In this document: one piece after another, positions 17,844-27,396 of the stretch | How the letters are laid out: every line of letters begins with the position of its first letter | Numbering within the stretch: the first letter of the stretch is position 1 | Assembly (NCBI GenBank): GCA_013815785.1 | Contig: JACDFO010000002.1 | Location: 1-47,231 of the forward strand | Length of the DNA: 47,231 bases | Direction of reading: 5' to 3' | Source of the DNA: Candidatus Saccharimonadota bacterium | GTDB taxonomy: Bacteria > Patescibacteriota > Saccharimonadia > Saccharimonadales > JACDFO01 | Translations under genes and position numbers: made by a program | Notes under the pieces: model-generated | Seen by the model: the letters and a program-made list of their open reading frames with translations, nothing else | The model's database searches: none | Told to the model about the DNA's origin: nothing

Positions 17844-19124
17844 ATGAATGATAGGGAAGTTTGGGATCTTATTAAGGCTGAAGAGCAGCGTCAACGTGAT
17901 GGCTTAGAGCTGATTCCGTCTGAAAATTATGTGAGCCGTGATGTTCTGACCGCACTCGGCAGTGTATTCACAAATAAATATTCCGAGGGTTATCCGGGCA
18001 AACGTTATTACGGTGGACAGGATAATACCGATCCGCTCGAACAACTGGCCATTGACCGTGCTAAGCAACTGTTTGGAAGTGATCATGCGAACGTACAGCC
18101 TCATTCGGGTGCACCGGCAAATATTGCCGTGTATCAAGCTTGGCTAAATCCTGGTGATACGGTCATGGCTATGAGGTTGGATCACGGCGGACACCTGACA
18201 CATGGACACCCAGTAACATCAAGCGCTAAATTGTATAACTTCGTTCGTTACGGTATCAAGGATATTGAAACAGGCGAAATTGATTATGACGAAATGTATA
18301 AGGTAGCCAAAAAGGAAAAACCCAAAATTATCCTTGCCGGTTTTTCTGGTTTCCCGCGTGGATTAGACTATGCTAAATTTGCAGAAATTGGAAACGAAGT
18401 AGGGGCGGTATTGATGGCAGACATGGCTCATATCGCAGGACTTATTGCTGGCAAGGCACTTCCAAATCCTTTTGATTTTGGTTTTCATATCATGACAAGC
18501 ACGACACATAAGACGTTGCGAGGCCCACGTGGCGGCCTAATTATGAGCAACGGCACAGTAAGCAATCCGCTAAAAATGCCTGAAAAAACCGTTGAAAATT
18601 TACCAACTTTAATTGACCGCGAGATTTTCCCAGGTTTTCAGGGCGGACCACACATGCATGTCATTGCCGCAAAAGCAGTGGCGTTTCGGGAAGCGTTGGC
18701 ACCGGAATTTCAAGATTACTCCACGCAGATTCTAAAAAACGCAAAGCAGTTAGCGGACGAGTTAATGAAGCGTAACTTTAAGTTAGTAACGAATGGTACA
18801 GACAATCATTTAATTCAAATTGATATGATGACAAGCTTTGGTATTGATGGTCGGATTGCTCAAGATTTATATGACTCTATCGGATTAACAGCTAACTGCA
18901 ACGCTATACCAGATGACCCCTTGCCACCGTTTAGACCAAGTGGCTTGCGTATCGGTACGCCAGCACTCACAACTAGGGGGTTGAAAGAAAAAGATATGGC
19001 TATCATTGCTGAGTGGTTGGCTAAAGGCGCCAAAGCGATAAATGATAAAAAATCTCTTGTACAGCTGAAAGCCGAAGTCAAAGAGTTTGCACTCAAGTTT
19101 CCTCTACCTAACGAGATTAATTGA
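17844..19124 (+). CDS. glyA: Serine hydroxymethyltransferase
   Basis: ELIPSENY, NKYSEGYPGKRYYGG, GGHLTHG, STTHKTLRGPRGG, SGLRIGTPALTTRG. Confidence 0.99.
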   Translation: MNDREVWDLIKAEEQRQRDGLELIPSENYVSRDVLTALGSVFTNKYSEGYPGKRYYGGQDNTDPLEQLAIDRAKQLFGSDHANVQPHSGAPANIAVYQAWLNPGDTVMAMRLDHGGHLTHGHPVTSSAKLYNFVRYGIKDIETGEIDYDEMYKVAKKEKPKIILAGFSGFPRGLDYAKFAEIGNEVGAVLMADMAHIAGLIAGKALPNPFDFGFHIMTSTTHKTLRGPRGGLIMSNGTVSNPLKMPEKTVENLPTLIDREIFPGFQGGPHMHVIAAKAVAFREALAPEFQDYSTQILKNAKQLADELMKRNFKLVTNGTDNHLIQIDMMTSFGIDGRIAQDLYDSIGLTANCNAIPDDPLPPFRPSGLRIGTPALTTRGLKEKDMAIIAEWLAKGAKAINDKKSLVQLKAEVKEFALKFPLPNEIN

Positions 19125-19132
19125 TACTAAAA

Positions 19133-19762
19133 CTAACGGGCTTCTGCAGCAATGTCTTGGCTATCAGCATCGTTGTGTAAGCCACTTACGAGCAATTCTT
19201 TTTCAAGAGGTAATCTGCTTAGGATATGAGTAAATAAAACTTTAGCCGTCAACTGGCCCATAACATTAGTAGAATAACGGTACTCAGGAAGTAGTAAATT
19301 CCAATCACCAACCACATGAGAATGTATTCGCTTTTTATCCAAATCAGATAACTCAGTTAAAGAAACTACTGAATCTGGCAATACAGCTTCGTACGCATCG
19401 GCTCGTAAGTCTCGCTCACTGTTAATTAAACCAAGCGCTAAACTACCTAGCTTCTCGGGCACATTACTGCTCGGATGTGCAAGCCTATCGTCACCGCCAA
19501 GTTCTACCATCGTAGTATTACGGCCTAAAGATGCGGTTTCTTGTGCGTAATGTCTCCAAATATCACACTGTGTGTTTGGAGTGGGTAATGTTCCAACAAA
19601 GTACGGTATTTCAGGAAACGTGTCCGTGACACTATTCATAATTGTGGAAACGGCACGATCGCGTGATAATTCAAGCTGGTCAGCTTGATCGTGTGTTTGT
19701 GAACTCAAAATTTCTGAAAAAACCATAATGAACCCTTTGTTTTTAGTGCATGGGAACTGCAC
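19133..19762 (-). CDS. Hypothetical protein
   Basis: 209-aa ORF filling the glyA-murB gap; no recognised motif; start uncertain. Confidence 0.6.
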   Translation of the reverse strand: MQFPCTKNKGFIMVFSEILSSQTHDQADQLELSRDRAVSTIMNSVTDTFPEIPYFVGTLPTPNTQCDIWRHYAQETASLGRNTTMVELGGDDRLAHPSSNVPEKLGSLALGLINSERDLRADAYEAVLPDSVVSLTELSDLDKKRIHSHVVGDWNLLLPEYRYSTNVMGQLTAKVLFTHILSRLPLEKELLVSGLHNDADSQDIAAEAR

Positions 19763-19792
19763 GTTTTAAAATGTATTGTGTTCAGTATAGCG

Positions 19793-20851
19793 CTACAGGG
19801 ATGCTATAGGAAGAAGTTCGGGTTCTTGTTCGAGTGTCATATCAAAAATTTGCTTAACTTTGTCTACGATTATTTTTTTAAAAGCTAGCAAGTCGGCGGT
19901 AGAGTTTGCGTGTTCATTGACAAGTACCAGTGCTTGGTTCTGCCAGGTTGCCATTCCGGTAGTTTCGTCGTGAAAATCTTTAAATCCTATATATTCTAAT
20001 AATGCCCCAGCGGCAACTTTATAAGAGCCGTCTGGCAAGTCCCAAAAGCATCGTGAGGGCCAAGATGCCAAGCGCGGATGTTGCTCTACGAGCTCCTGAT
20101 ATTTGTCCGAACTAACAATCGGGTTTGCAAAGAACGATCCGACGTTGGCAACCAGTGTGGGATCGGGCAAACGAGAACGCCGTATCTCGATCACAGCACG
20201 TCTGATATCGGTTGGTGATGGGTGGGTGATCTGATGTGTTTTCAGATAATCTTCTAGCCAGTGATAATATACTGGTTCTTGTATTTGTTTGATTAAATGC
20301 AGCGTGAGACTGGTTATCAGGAATCTACCGCGGTCCGTCGTTTTGAATCGACTGGTGCGGTAACCAAATTCACATTCTATAGCTGGAATGTTAACCAGAC
20401 CGCCAGTTTGCATATCGTAGGCCTCTAATGACACAAAAGTTTCCGCTAGCTCGTGGCCATACGCGCCAATGTTTTGCACTGGAGCCCCACCGACTGTCCC
20501 GGGTATGAGCGACAAGTACTCCAGACCACTTTTACCAGTAGCTACCGCTCGCTCCACAACGCTATCCCAGTTCTCACCTGCGCCAGCTGTAATATATATA
20601 TTTTCTTCGTCCTCAGAAAATACCTCAAAACCCATAATTTTGTTAACCAGAATGAGCCCGGGAAATCCTTCGTCTTTCCAAACGATGTTACTACCTACGC
20701 CGATCATGATTATAGGAAGGTTGCGCTCTTTAGCCCACGCAACGGCTTCAGTAACCTCTATTTTCTGGTTTATCTCACTCAGATATGCAGCATTGCCGCC
20801 AAGGCGCATGGTAGAGTAGCCGCTTAAAGGCACATTTTCTAATATATTCAT
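19793..20851 (-). CDS. murB: UDP-N-acetylenolpyruvoylglucosamine reductase
   Basis: STMRLGG, GVGSNI, IPGTVGGAPVQNIGAYG, FGYRTSRF, GSFFANP, LEQEP; start set at MNILENV. Confidence 0.96.
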   Translation of the reverse strand: MNILENVPLSGYSTMRLGGNAAYLSEINQKIEVTEAVAWAKERNLPIIMIGVGSNIVWKDEGFPGLILVNKIMGFEVFSEDEENIYITAGAGENWDSVVERAVATGKSGLEYLSLIPGTVGGAPVQNIGAYGHELAETFVSLEAYDMQTGGLVNIPAIECEFGYRTSRFKTTDRGRFLITSLTLHLIKQIQEPVYYHWLEDYLKTHQITHPSPTDIRRAVIEIRRSRLPDPTLVANVGSFFANPIVSSDKYQELVEQHPRLASWPSRCFWDLPDGSYKVAAGALLEYIGFKDFHDETTGMATWQNQALVLVNEHANSTADLLAFKKIIVDKVKQIFDMTLEQEPELLPIASL

Positions 20852-20915
20852 ATTATTAGTAGTATACCCGCTTCTGCTTGCATGCATAACACCCCTCGCT
20901 GTAACATAGTTAAGA

Positions 20916-21461
20916 ATGAATAAGTCTAAGGTCCCATTTGAACCACTCGGCAAGCAGCTGAAGAAAATGCGCATCAGTCGTCAAGAAAGCTTGGCGGAGG
21001 TATCTGGCGCGGTTGAAATAGACATTGATGTTTTGCAAACCATAGAACAAGGTAAGACGCGACCCAATGAAGATATCTTGCTACTACTGATAAGTCATTT
21101 TGCTATCAAGGAAGATGAAGCTGAGACGCTGTGGGATCTTGCGGGGTACGACAAAGCGATTTTACCAGTAGTTTCATCGATAAATGATGACTTATCAGCA
21201 AAACCTGTCGTTATCGTAACGCCTCAAGATTTGAAAATCGTGTATACCGATATGGTCCATGTAGCTGTCAATAACTACGGCGTTATAATGAATTTTATGC
21301 AAGGCGCCGGGCAGAATAGTCAGCCACTTGCGATTGCCCGGGTCGGCATGAGCCGTGAACATGCGTTAAGTGTTCTCGAAGTACTACAACAAACTCTGAG
21401 TGCTAAGCCACTAAAAGAACTTCCCGCCCCAAAAAAAGACAACACATCAAACAACGGATAA
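20916..21461 (+). CDS. XRE-HTH protein with a DUF3467-like C-terminal domain
   Basis: LGKQLKKMR...IEQGKTRP HTH; VYTDMVHV...VIMNF...ARVGMSREHA. Confidence 0.75.
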   Translation: MNKSKVPFEPLGKQLKKMRISRQESLAEVSGAVEIDIDVLQTIEQGKTRPNEDILLLLISHFAIKEDEAETLWDLAGYDKAILPVVSSINDDLSAKPVVIVTPQDLKIVYTDMVHVAVNNYGVIMNFMQGAGQNSQPLAIARVGMSREHALSVLEVLQQTLSAKPLKELPAPKKDNTSNNG

Positions 21462-21486
21462 GGTTCATAGCTTTAGTCACCAACGT

Positions 21487-22245
21487 TTATTTGCCAAAGA
21501 AATCGAGTAAGTTCTTACCTAGTAATTCCTTACCGGTCTCGTTAGCATGACAGCCGCTACCGGTAAGTGCGGGAGTAAGAGTACCGACTTCAGGCCCACG
21601 TCTGGCCTTACTGGCCTGGACGACCCTATCTAAGACTCTTTGCATTTGCAATGGCGCATCTGCCTGAAGATCCTTACAAGTAGTTGTCGGATTGTAATCA
21701 TTCATTGCCGACACATACATCGCCGCTTCAGGTATTCGCCGCTTTACTTCATCTATAACGGCAAGGGCGTCGTCATAGTATTCATCATCTGTTTGTTCAC
21801 CTCTTCCCAAAAGCTGTACCCATACTACCTTTGTAGCGCCACGGCTCTTCGATGTTTGATATAAGCCATCGAATGATTGCCAATACTTATTAGTTTCACT
21901 TTGCGTATTTATACCGTCCGCCCACTTATCGATAGTGCCACCGCCATACCCACCAAAATCGGCTCTTTTAGCGTCCCATAACTTGCTGCCGTTCAATAGT
22001 TTATAGCCATCTGTGGCATTTGATGTTAGCGAACCACCCACGTAACCTATTATACCGCTGGGCACCTCTTCATCACTCTCATTGTTTTCATTACTGATTT
22101 GCTGTGTGCCGGTGCTGTTATCGTGACTTGAGGATCTTGACTGTGAAACGTACCATGCAACTCCTGCAATAATGACTACTATTAATATTCCCAAAAGAAA
22201 AATTAGAGGTATACTGCCAGATGCATTATTGCGCAGCTTATTCAT
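21487..22245 (-). CDS. Membrane-anchored extracellular protein, SGNH-hydrolase-like
   Basis: Pilin-like N-terminus (G-SIPLIFLLGILIVVIIAGVAWYV), S/N/E linker, YVGGSLT, C-terminal GCHANETG. Confidence 0.55.
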   Translation of the reverse strand: MNKLRNNASGSIPLIFLLGILIVVIIAGVAWYVSQSRSSSHDNSTGTQQISNENNESDEEVPSGIIGYVGGSLTSNATDGYKLLNGSKLWDAKRADFGGYGGGTIDKWADGINTQSETNKYWQSFDGLYQTSKSRGATKVVWVQLLGRGEQTDDEYYDDALAVIDEVKRRIPEAAMYVSAMNDYNPTTTCKDLQADAPLQMQRVLDRVVQASKARRGPEVGTLTPALTGSGCHANETGKELLGKNLLDFFGK

Positions 22246-22406
22246 AGAAGCTTTTATTCTACCCTGACTATGGACAGGGCACTACTAATTGTGTCAAATT
22301 TGGTGTACATGCTTAGTAACTAATATATACGATTCCTAGAAATAAGCACGGAATCTATTTTCTTGGTGTAGCTTAGTTATGAAGTTATAGCCATGCTTAA
22401 TATGGT

Positions 22407-22784
22407 TCAGTTATAGAGCGTCTGATCAACGAGAGCTACCAAATCTTGTGGCGCTAAACTGGATTTCAAAACGAAGCTATGAGCACCGAGACCAAGCATT
22501 TCCGCCTCTATTTTGCTGTCTAGTAGGTTGCTATAGACGACTATTTTTGTATTCGGATAATCGTCTAAGTCGACCTTTCTCATGAATTCTTTACCATCCA
22601 TGACTGGCATGAATATGTCGAGCAATACCATGTCTGGCCGTAAGGCCTTTAACCGTTTCAATCCTTCGAGACCGTTATTGGCGGTATGGACTTCATAGCC
22701 CTTAGAAGAAAGGATAATCTGATAAACGTCTTGAAGTACTTTTTCATCTTCAACTATAAGTATGGAAAGTATGGACTTACTCAC
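22407..22784 (-). CDS. Receiver-only response regulator
   Basis: ILIVEDE, LLDIFMPVMDG, YSN, VLK; no output domain. Confidence 0.93.
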   Translation of the reverse strand: MSKSILSILIVEDEKVLQDVYQIILSSKGYEVHTANNGLEGLKRLKALRPDMVLLDIFMPVMDGKEFMRKVDLDDYPNTKIVVYSNLLDSKIEAEMLGLGAHSFVLKSSLAPQDLVALVDQTLYN

Positions 22785-25213
22785 AACGGCAACCTTACCG
22801 TAAATCGTGAACCTTTTCCAAGATGTGAAGTTAGCTCTACAGTACCATTGTGAAGTTCAACGAGTTGTTTTACCCAGTAAAGACCCAGGCCAGTGCCCGT
22901 TACGGTGTCAGAAAGTTCGTTATCTACACGTGTAAACTTTTCGAATATGCGCTGCTGATTATCTTTACTAACCCCTACTCCCTTATCAACTACCACAATT
23001 TTCACATATTTAGTCTTCTTTTCGATGATAATCTCTACGGTGGACCCCGGGGAGCTGTATTTGCTGGCATTCTCTAATAAGTTAACGATAACTAACTTAA
23101 TCTCGATTTCATCAATGAATACCTTGATGGGTTTCTGGGGTTTGCTGAACACTATATCTTGATTGCGAAACTCAAATACTGAATGTAGGTCTTTAATAGC
23201 ATCTGTCACTATTTCCACGATATTGTAAAGTTTTTGCTTGAGCGTATATTCCGTGGAGTCCATCTGTGCCGTTTTTAAGAGATCGTTAATGATGCGTAAC
23301 TCGCGCTCGTTGCTATCATAAGCTGTGCGCAGATATTGTGTCTGACCAGGGGTAAGGGGATCGGAAAATCCATCTATCAGCAGGCCGATGTACTGCTTGA
23401 CTGCAGTTGCGGGGGTACGTAGTTGATGCGATGCCATGCCTATAAATTCGTCTTTAGTTTTATTAAGCGATATCAGCTCTTTGCGCTGTATGGCTAATTG
23501 CTGAGTTATTTTTTCTAATTCTTCATTGCGAGCTTCAGTTTGTTTGATCTTAAACTGTTCTGAGATATCAGTATTAGATCCTATCCATTGCTTGATCGTG
23601 CCGTCATCATCTTTAAGTGGTACGACGCGTGTCAAAAAAGGCTTATAGGTGCCGTCTGTTCCCTTTAATGGAAAGACCATTTCGAAAGGCTGCCCACTTT
23701 TGATTGAGTACTTCCATTTTTTTAGCACGCCAGACAGATACTTAGGATCATGTACAGACTGCCAACCCCATCCTTCCATCTGTTTAGGCTTAGTTCCCGT
23801 GTATTCGTACCAACGGTTGTTATACCAGTATATAGAACCGGTCGCATCTGCCATCCAGGCAAGGTTAGGTATATTCTCAGCCAAGGCACGGAAGCGCTCC
23901 TCGCTGCTTCGCATTTTATCTTCCGCTTCTTTTTGTTTTGTAATATTTCTGAAGTTGCCTACAAGTGCGTGTATATTAGGGGTATTAAGGTGGTTGACGC
24001 CTACTGTCTCAAGCCATGCCCAGCTGCCATCCTTATGTTTTACCCGGTACTGCATGGTCAACTGCTTTTCGGGATGTTTGATAAGGTCGTTGAAGTTGGA
24101 AAAAAAGTATTCTATATCTTCTGGGTGTAAGTAGGGGGTTACTCCACTGCTCGCAAGCTCTTCGGGTGTATATCCCAGGACGTTCTTGATTGAGTTGCTC
24201 GAGAAGATGATGTCTCCCTCAGGAGACACTAGCTGAACAGCATCGGCACTCTTCTCTATTAGTGTACGGAAACGCTCTTCACGTTGCTGCAGTGCAAGCT
24301 GTGCCTGCTTTAAGTCATCAAAATCCGTATATGTACCGAAGTAACCGATAAAATGTCCATCTGGTGTGAAGCGGGGCGCTCCCGCTGCAAGCATCCAGCG
24401 GAACTCGCCGTCAGCCCGTTTAAAGCGGTACTCTTCTCTTATGGGTATTTGCTCTGAAAACGCATGCTTGAAGTCCTTTTCGAATTTCGGAGCATCCTCA
24501 GGGTGAAGGGTAGACAGCCACCCAAGACCTTTCATTTCTTTCATCTTCTTGCCCGTAAACTTTAGCCATGGTTTATTGAAGTAGACGGCATTTCCAGATT
24601 CGTCGGCCATTGCGATGAACATCGGTGCTGTATCCGCCAGGTTAAGGAAACGGTCCTCGCTTTCCTGCAGTAGCTGTCGCGAAAGAACTTCATCCGTGCT
24701 TTCAATAACTGCACCGAAGAGACCGACCACACTACCTTTACTATTTCGCAAAGGGCTGCAAGAAAATGTAAAATATGTTTCCTCGTCAAATCCGTGACGG
24801 TTTATTACCACACGAAGATTTTTCATATAGACAGACTCGCCAGCCTTAAACACTTTAGCAATAAGCGGTTCTGAAATGTCCCATATCTCATCCCAGGTTT
24901 CATTTGCAGGATATCCTAAGGCTGCAGGATGTTTATTGCCGAGAATTACCTTGTAGGCGTCATTGTAAAAATTCGTGAGTTCATGTTTACCCCAACAAAT
25001 GAACATTGGGGAAGACGAATTCAGTATTATACTGACCGCAGTCCGCAATTCATCCGACCATGTGTCAATTTTTCCCACGGCGGTTTTTGACCAGTCAAAT
25101 GAGCGCATCATCGCGCCCATCTCTCCGCCCCCAACCAGGAAATTATGTTCAGTAGCTCCTGAATGGTTCAGGGTCGAGTTTCTTGCAGGGTTGCTCGGAT
25201 TCTTAGCAGTCAT
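22781..25213 (-). CDS. Cytoplasmic multi-PAS sensor histidine kinase
   Basis: Four PAS/PAC units, H-box ASHQLRTP, NLLENASKYS, DKGVGV, GTGLGL; start moved to MTAKNPS, 6 nt after a TACAAT. Confidence 0.93.
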   Translation of the reverse strand: MTAKNPSNPARNSTLNHSGATEHNFLVGGGEMGAMMRSFDWSKTAVGKIDTWSDELRTAVSIILNSSSPMFICWGKHELTNFYNDAYKVILGNKHPAALGYPANETWDEIWDISEPLIAKVFKAGESVYMKNLRVVINRHGFDEETYFTFSCSPLRNSKGSVVGLFGAVIESTDEVLSRQLLQESEDRFLNLADTAPMFIAMADESGNAVYFNKPWLKFTGKKMKEMKGLGWLSTLHPEDAPKFEKDFKHAFSEQIPIREEYRFKRADGEFRWMLAAGAPRFTPDGHFIGYFGTYTDFDDLKQAQLALQQREERFRTLIEKSADAVQLVSPEGDIIFSSNSIKNVLGYTPEELASSGVTPYLHPEDIEYFFSNFNDLIKHPEKQLTMQYRVKHKDGSWAWLETVGVNHLNTPNIHALVGNFRNITKQKEAEDKMRSSEERFRALAENIPNLAWMADATGSIYWYNNRWYEYTGTKPKQMEGWGWQSVHDPKYLSGVLKKWKYSIKSGQPFEMVFPLKGTDGTYKPFLTRVVPLKDDDGTIKQWIGSNTDISEQFKIKQTEARNEELEKITQQLAIQRKELISLNKTKDEFIGMASHQLRTPATAVKQYIGLLIDGFSDPLTPGQTQYLRTAYDSNERELRIINDLLKTAQMDSTEYTLKQKLYNIVEIVTDAIKDLHSVFEFRNQDIVFSKPQKPIKVFIDEIEIKLVIVNLLENASKYSSPGSTVEIIIEKKTKYVKIVVVDKGVGVSKDNQQRIFEKFTRVDNELSDTVTGTGLGLYWVKQLVELHNGTVELTSHLGKGSRFTVRLPL

Positions 25214-25407
25214 TATCCTATTGTACCCTGTCTGAAAAGTGTCAAGATACATTAAAGTTGTCAAAAGTGCTACCAACCAAATAGTACATAAATGTCTAAC
25301 GCAATTGGTACAGCTTAGTGCACGAAGTTAGAACCAACTTCATTAAAATAATTGATGATACTGCCGAATAGATTTTTGTTCGTCTTACTTGTGAAATGTA
25401 CCTCTAC

Positions 25408-26508
25408 TCAAGTTAAAGGCACTAACACTTTAAATTCCGTACCAACATTTAATTCACTCCGGTAATTAATGGTGCCCCCAATCTTATCAAGAAGGATTTT
25501 TACCATATAAAGACCCAAGCCTGTTCCTTCAGTGAATTCCTGCATAGCGTTTTCCGCTCTTGAAAACTGTTCAAACAGGTAAGGTTGATACTCTTTCGGT
25601 ATGCCGATTCCTGTATCGCTGATGGAAATCAAAGCTTTTTTATTCATCAGCTTAACAGTTACATTTATAGAACCTTTTATTGGGGTATATTGAACCGCAT
25701 TAACTATGAGATTAGAAAAAATTTCATGAAATATCGATGTATCGGTGTTTATAACAGGTAGATTTCCATCCAAACTTAATGAATATCCTAGTTTTTTCTC
25801 AACCAATCTTGGTTCAAGTTCTTTATGTATTTGTTTAAATATTTCACTTATCCTAATATCACTTTTTTGAATAAGCCTGGTGGCACTTTGCACTCGAGCT
25901 ATATTTAAAAGCCCTTCAACTAATGCAATCATTCGCTCGGATGAACTGACAAGGGTATCTGCTAATTGTTGCTGCTCTTTATTTAGTCCACCTGCATATT
26001 CATTGCTTAACATATGTGCGTAAGTCATGATCACTGTCATGGGAGTCCTAAGCTGGTGTGAAGCGAGATTAATAAAATTATTTTTCATAAGAGATAATTT
26101 ATATTCACTCGTAATATTCTGTATTAGATATACGATTTGCTCGCTGTTTGGAAGTATTTGTTTAGAAACCCTAAAGAATAAATGGTTGTTTTCTTTATTG
26201 GTCCACTCATAAACTGCCTCTTCGCCTTTTAGCGTTTCTGTCACATTATTCGCAATATTAATGTATTCGGGTAAAGGACTCTCTGTTTGTTTGATGGGAA
26301 ATGCTTCATTAAATGACTGCCCGAGTAAGAATATACGTTGAGTTGCCAATAAATTAGCAAAGTAATTATTGCTGAAAATAATATTACCTAACTTGTCAAC
26401 AACACATACGGCATCATTAATACTGCCTATCACAAGGTCCATCCATCCTAAGATTCTATGTACTTCTAATAATTCTTCAGAGAAGAATTTATCTTTACTT
26501 ACGCTCAT
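25408..26508 (-). CDS. PAS sensor histidine kinase
   Basis: PAS-like N-terminus, ASHQLRTP, NLIVNAVQY, DTGIGI, GTGLGL. Confidence 0.92.
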   Translation of the reverse strand: MSVSKDKFFSEELLEVHRILGWMDLVIGSINDAVCVVDKLGNIIFSNNYFANLLATQRIFLLGQSFNEAFPIKQTESPLPEYINIANNVTETLKGEEAVYEWTNKENNHLFFRVSKQILPNSEQIVYLIQNITSEYKLSLMKNNFINLASHQLRTPMTVIMTYAHMLSNEYAGGLNKEQQQLADTLVSSSERMIALVEGLLNIARVQSATRLIQKSDIRISEIFKQIHKELEPRLVEKKLGYSLSLDGNLPVINTDTSIFHEIFSNLIVNAVQYTPIKGSINVTVKLMNKKALISISDTGIGIPKEYQPYLFEQFSRAENAMQEFTEGTGLGLYMVKILLDKIGGTINYRSELNVGTEFKVLVPLT

Positions 26509-26869
26509 CTAGTGGGTAATCAATTATTGCAGCAAATCTCCAGGATGAATCCTTTTTATCACCTAATATGTAATGATTTGAGCTTTTTACTGTGCCATCT
26601 TTATATAAAACACTGAGAGACAAGGGTTTTCCTAGCAATTCTGTTGTTTCGGTTGCTAAGTATCTTGCAAAGCCTACTGTATGGGCGTTTCTCATATGTG
26701 TTGGCATAATTTCCGTTACTGATTTTCCTATTAGGTCTTCCGCAGTCCATCCATATTCTTCAGTAAAAGCGTCGTTAATATATGTGAATATACTTTGTTG
26801 GTCGATTGCCACTACGGGTAAATCTTCTAATGCAATTAATTCATCATATGTAGCAGGGTATTGAGACAT
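26495..26869 (-). CDS. Stand-alone PAS domain protein
   Basis: YINDAFTEEYGWTAEDLIGKSVTEIMP, KDG; GGAGG SD; overlaps the kinase start. Confidence 0.88.
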   Translation of the reverse strand: MSQYPATYDELIALEDLPVVAIDQQSIFTYINDAFTEEYGWTAEDLIGKSVTEIMPTHMRNAHTVGFARYLATETTELLGKPLSLSVLYKDGTVKSSNHYILGDKKDSSWRFAAIIDYPLDERK

Positions 26870-26973
26870 GCAACCTCCATATTTGTCATCTTACTTTATC
26901 ATAATTTACTCCTAAAATTTACCCCAAAATATACCATGTATCTGGTCCAGTTTTTGATCAACTGATGTTAGAT

Positions 26974-27118
26974 TGTTACACCCGGACGGATTCGACTCAC
27001 TTTCAGCGAGCCCGTCGCAATATCTTTGCAAACCAGTTTGCAAGAGTTGACTTCCTTGCGAATTGCCACCGGCAATTCTCACACCGACCCTTGGCGTCGA
27101 CAGTTCGAATCCGTCCAG
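26974..27118. repeat. tRNA-Arg-derived palindromic element
   Basis: Inverted repeat GGACGGATTCGA (26984-26995) / TCGAATCCGTCC (27105-27116), equal to the tRNA T-arm/acceptor; internal hairpins TTGCAAAC-CA-GTTTGCAA and GAATTGCC-ACC-GGCAATTC. Confidence 0.75.
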
Positions 27119-27159
27119 ACCACGAAAAAACCGAGCACTAGGCTCGGCTCTTTCGTGGT
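27119..27159 (-). terminator. Intrinsic terminator after tRNA-Arg(UCG)
   Basis: Minus strand CCGAGC-CTAGT-GCTCGG then TTTTTT, extended by ACCACGAAA/TTTCGTGGT pairing. Confidence 0.75.
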
Positions 27160-27232
27160 ACGCCCGGACGGATTCGAACCGCCGACCCTCTGTTCCGAAG
27201 ACAGATGCTCTATCCAGCTGAGCTACGGGCGC
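27156..27232 (-). tRNA. tRNA-Arg(UCG)
   Basis: GCGCCCG acceptor, TCTGT-CTTCGGA-ACAGA anticodon arm, GTTCGAATC, ACCA. Confidence 0.96.
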
Positions 27233-27396
27233 GTATTTGCGGTATTAGTGTATCATCTTATCAGATGAGCCATGGTATCAAAATCCAGAGTCTTATTGCT
27301 CGTTTTCATCTGTTGAACCAATAGTATAGAACAAAATTTTCTCTCTATCAGTTTACTTACTTAATCACATTCGCCCGAAGTTGCTACAATGGTGTT

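Noticed and set aside
26974..27232. attL/attR of a prophage or island at tRNA-Arg
   Set aside because: The tRNA 3' copies are only ~180 nt apart with no integrase or cargo between them.
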